DNA of 9,003 nucleotides from Zygnema circumcarinatum SAG 698-1b. Taxonomy: Eukaryota > Plantae > Zygnematophyceae. The position numbers and the translations under genes were made by a program. A model generated the notes under the pieces. It was not told where the DNA came from. It was given only the letters and a program-made list of their open reading frames with translations, and made no database searches. The stretch lies in the NCBI GenBank assembly GCA_037447605.1, contig JBBHKD010000059.1:1-9003 (forward strand), read 5' to 3'. Every line of letters begins with the position of its first letter. Within the stretch, counting starts at the first letter, position 1. Shown here one piece after another: positions 8,453-9,003 of this stretch.

Positions 8453-8474
8453 GACGTGACACACATGTCACGTC
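8453..8474. repeat. Perfect 9-bp-stem inverted repeat in the LTR U3 region
   Basis: GACGTGACA-CACA-TGTCACGTC; each arm carries an ACGT core. Confidence 0.8.
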
Positions 8475-8614
8475 GCGTCCGCCATTGCAAACCCATGCAC
8501 TGAGTCTGAGTGGGCGCACTCAGAAATAGCGACTAGCTAGCTGCCTCGTAAACCTACGGCGGCGCCGACCTAGATCTTGTCGGATCGTACATCCGTCCGT
8601 ACAGTTTCGCCGTT

Positions 8615-9003
8615 TCTGTTGGTGCAAGGAGGGCCCGAGGGGGCAGACTTCAAGGAAGGGATAAATACATGCCCGGATGAAGCTCAAAACTTTCTTCATC
8701 TTCCACTTGGGCCACATACCGCTTCCTCCACGAACTGCCTTCCATCCCCTACCTTGCAGTGCGCTGGCCGAAACTAAGCAGCGTCACCCTACGAACGCCA
8801 ATCCTCCATGGTCTCGGCTCCTCAAGGTCCCGCCTTCTTGATGATCTCCTCGTAGCTGGAGCAACACACCGCCCATACAATGGTACGCCTCCACTCATCA
8901 CGATCAATCAACACGAGGACTCACACTGGCAAATGATGGAGTATGCAGGAGAAAGCCCACGGCCATAAAACTCCAGCAAAGCTTCAAGAGTGTAATACAA
9001 AGC
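8615..9003. other. Unassigned sequence abutting the truncated LTR
   Basis: No convincing colinear match to LTR 3049-3495 or to the pol copies. The short ORFs have no recognisable domain. Confidence 0.5.

Larger units (their letters stand above)
4081..8610 (-). mobile_element. Ty1/copia LTR retrotransposon, copy C: 5'-truncated LTR, PBS, gag, PR, IN, RT, start of RNase H; 3' end missing; non-functional as written
   Basis: The domain order gag-PR-IN-RT-RH is diagnostic of Pseudoviridae (copia). An LTR ending in CA is followed by a tRNA-iMet PBS. See sub-features. Confidence 0.96.
8054..8610 (-). repeat. 5' LTR of copy C, lacking about the first 440 bp
   Basis: Ends ...CAGACCCCGCTTCAACA before the PBS. 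It is colinear with 3495-4080 (+). Similarity stops at ~8610. Confidence 0.88.

Noticed and set aside
1-9003. CRISPR array, prokaryotic operon or defence system, env-like or captured host gene
   Set aside because: There are no regularly spaced short repeats and no intact ORF beyond RT fragments. Nearly all sequence is accounted for by copia parts, and the 3' region where an env-like ORF would lie is missing from every copy.

Overview
Eukaryotic window, probably from a green plant (inferred from the tRNA-iMet-type primer-binding site TGGTATCAGAGCC). About 95% of it is pieces of one Ty1/copia LTR-retrotransposon family in mixed orientations. The largest piece is a minus-strand element, 8610->4081: 5'-truncated LTR, PBS, gag with zinc knuckle, protease, integrase, RT and the first codons of RNase H. 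That domain order is the copia order. It is frameshifted throughout and has no 3' end. To its left lie a near-complete ~1.03 kb LTR (+, 3049-4080), two further RT-RNase H fragments (+ 1850-3047; - 990-1) and two LTR 5' fragments (- 1845-1170; - 1165-1000). No intact gene, host gene, RNA gene or CRISPR array is supported. The last ~390 bp are unassigned. The main point of interest is architecture: LTR termini are joined directly to internal sequence of the same family, with no PPT or TSD, which suggests repeated nesting into relatives plus deletions. The three RT copies differ mainly at synonymous sites, so they are distinct lineages. Patchy, run-length-type indels suggest uncorrected long-read error on top of real divergence. 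I see no evidence for a new gene system. Alignments were done by eye and boundaries are approximate to about +/-10-20 bp unless a motif is quoted.
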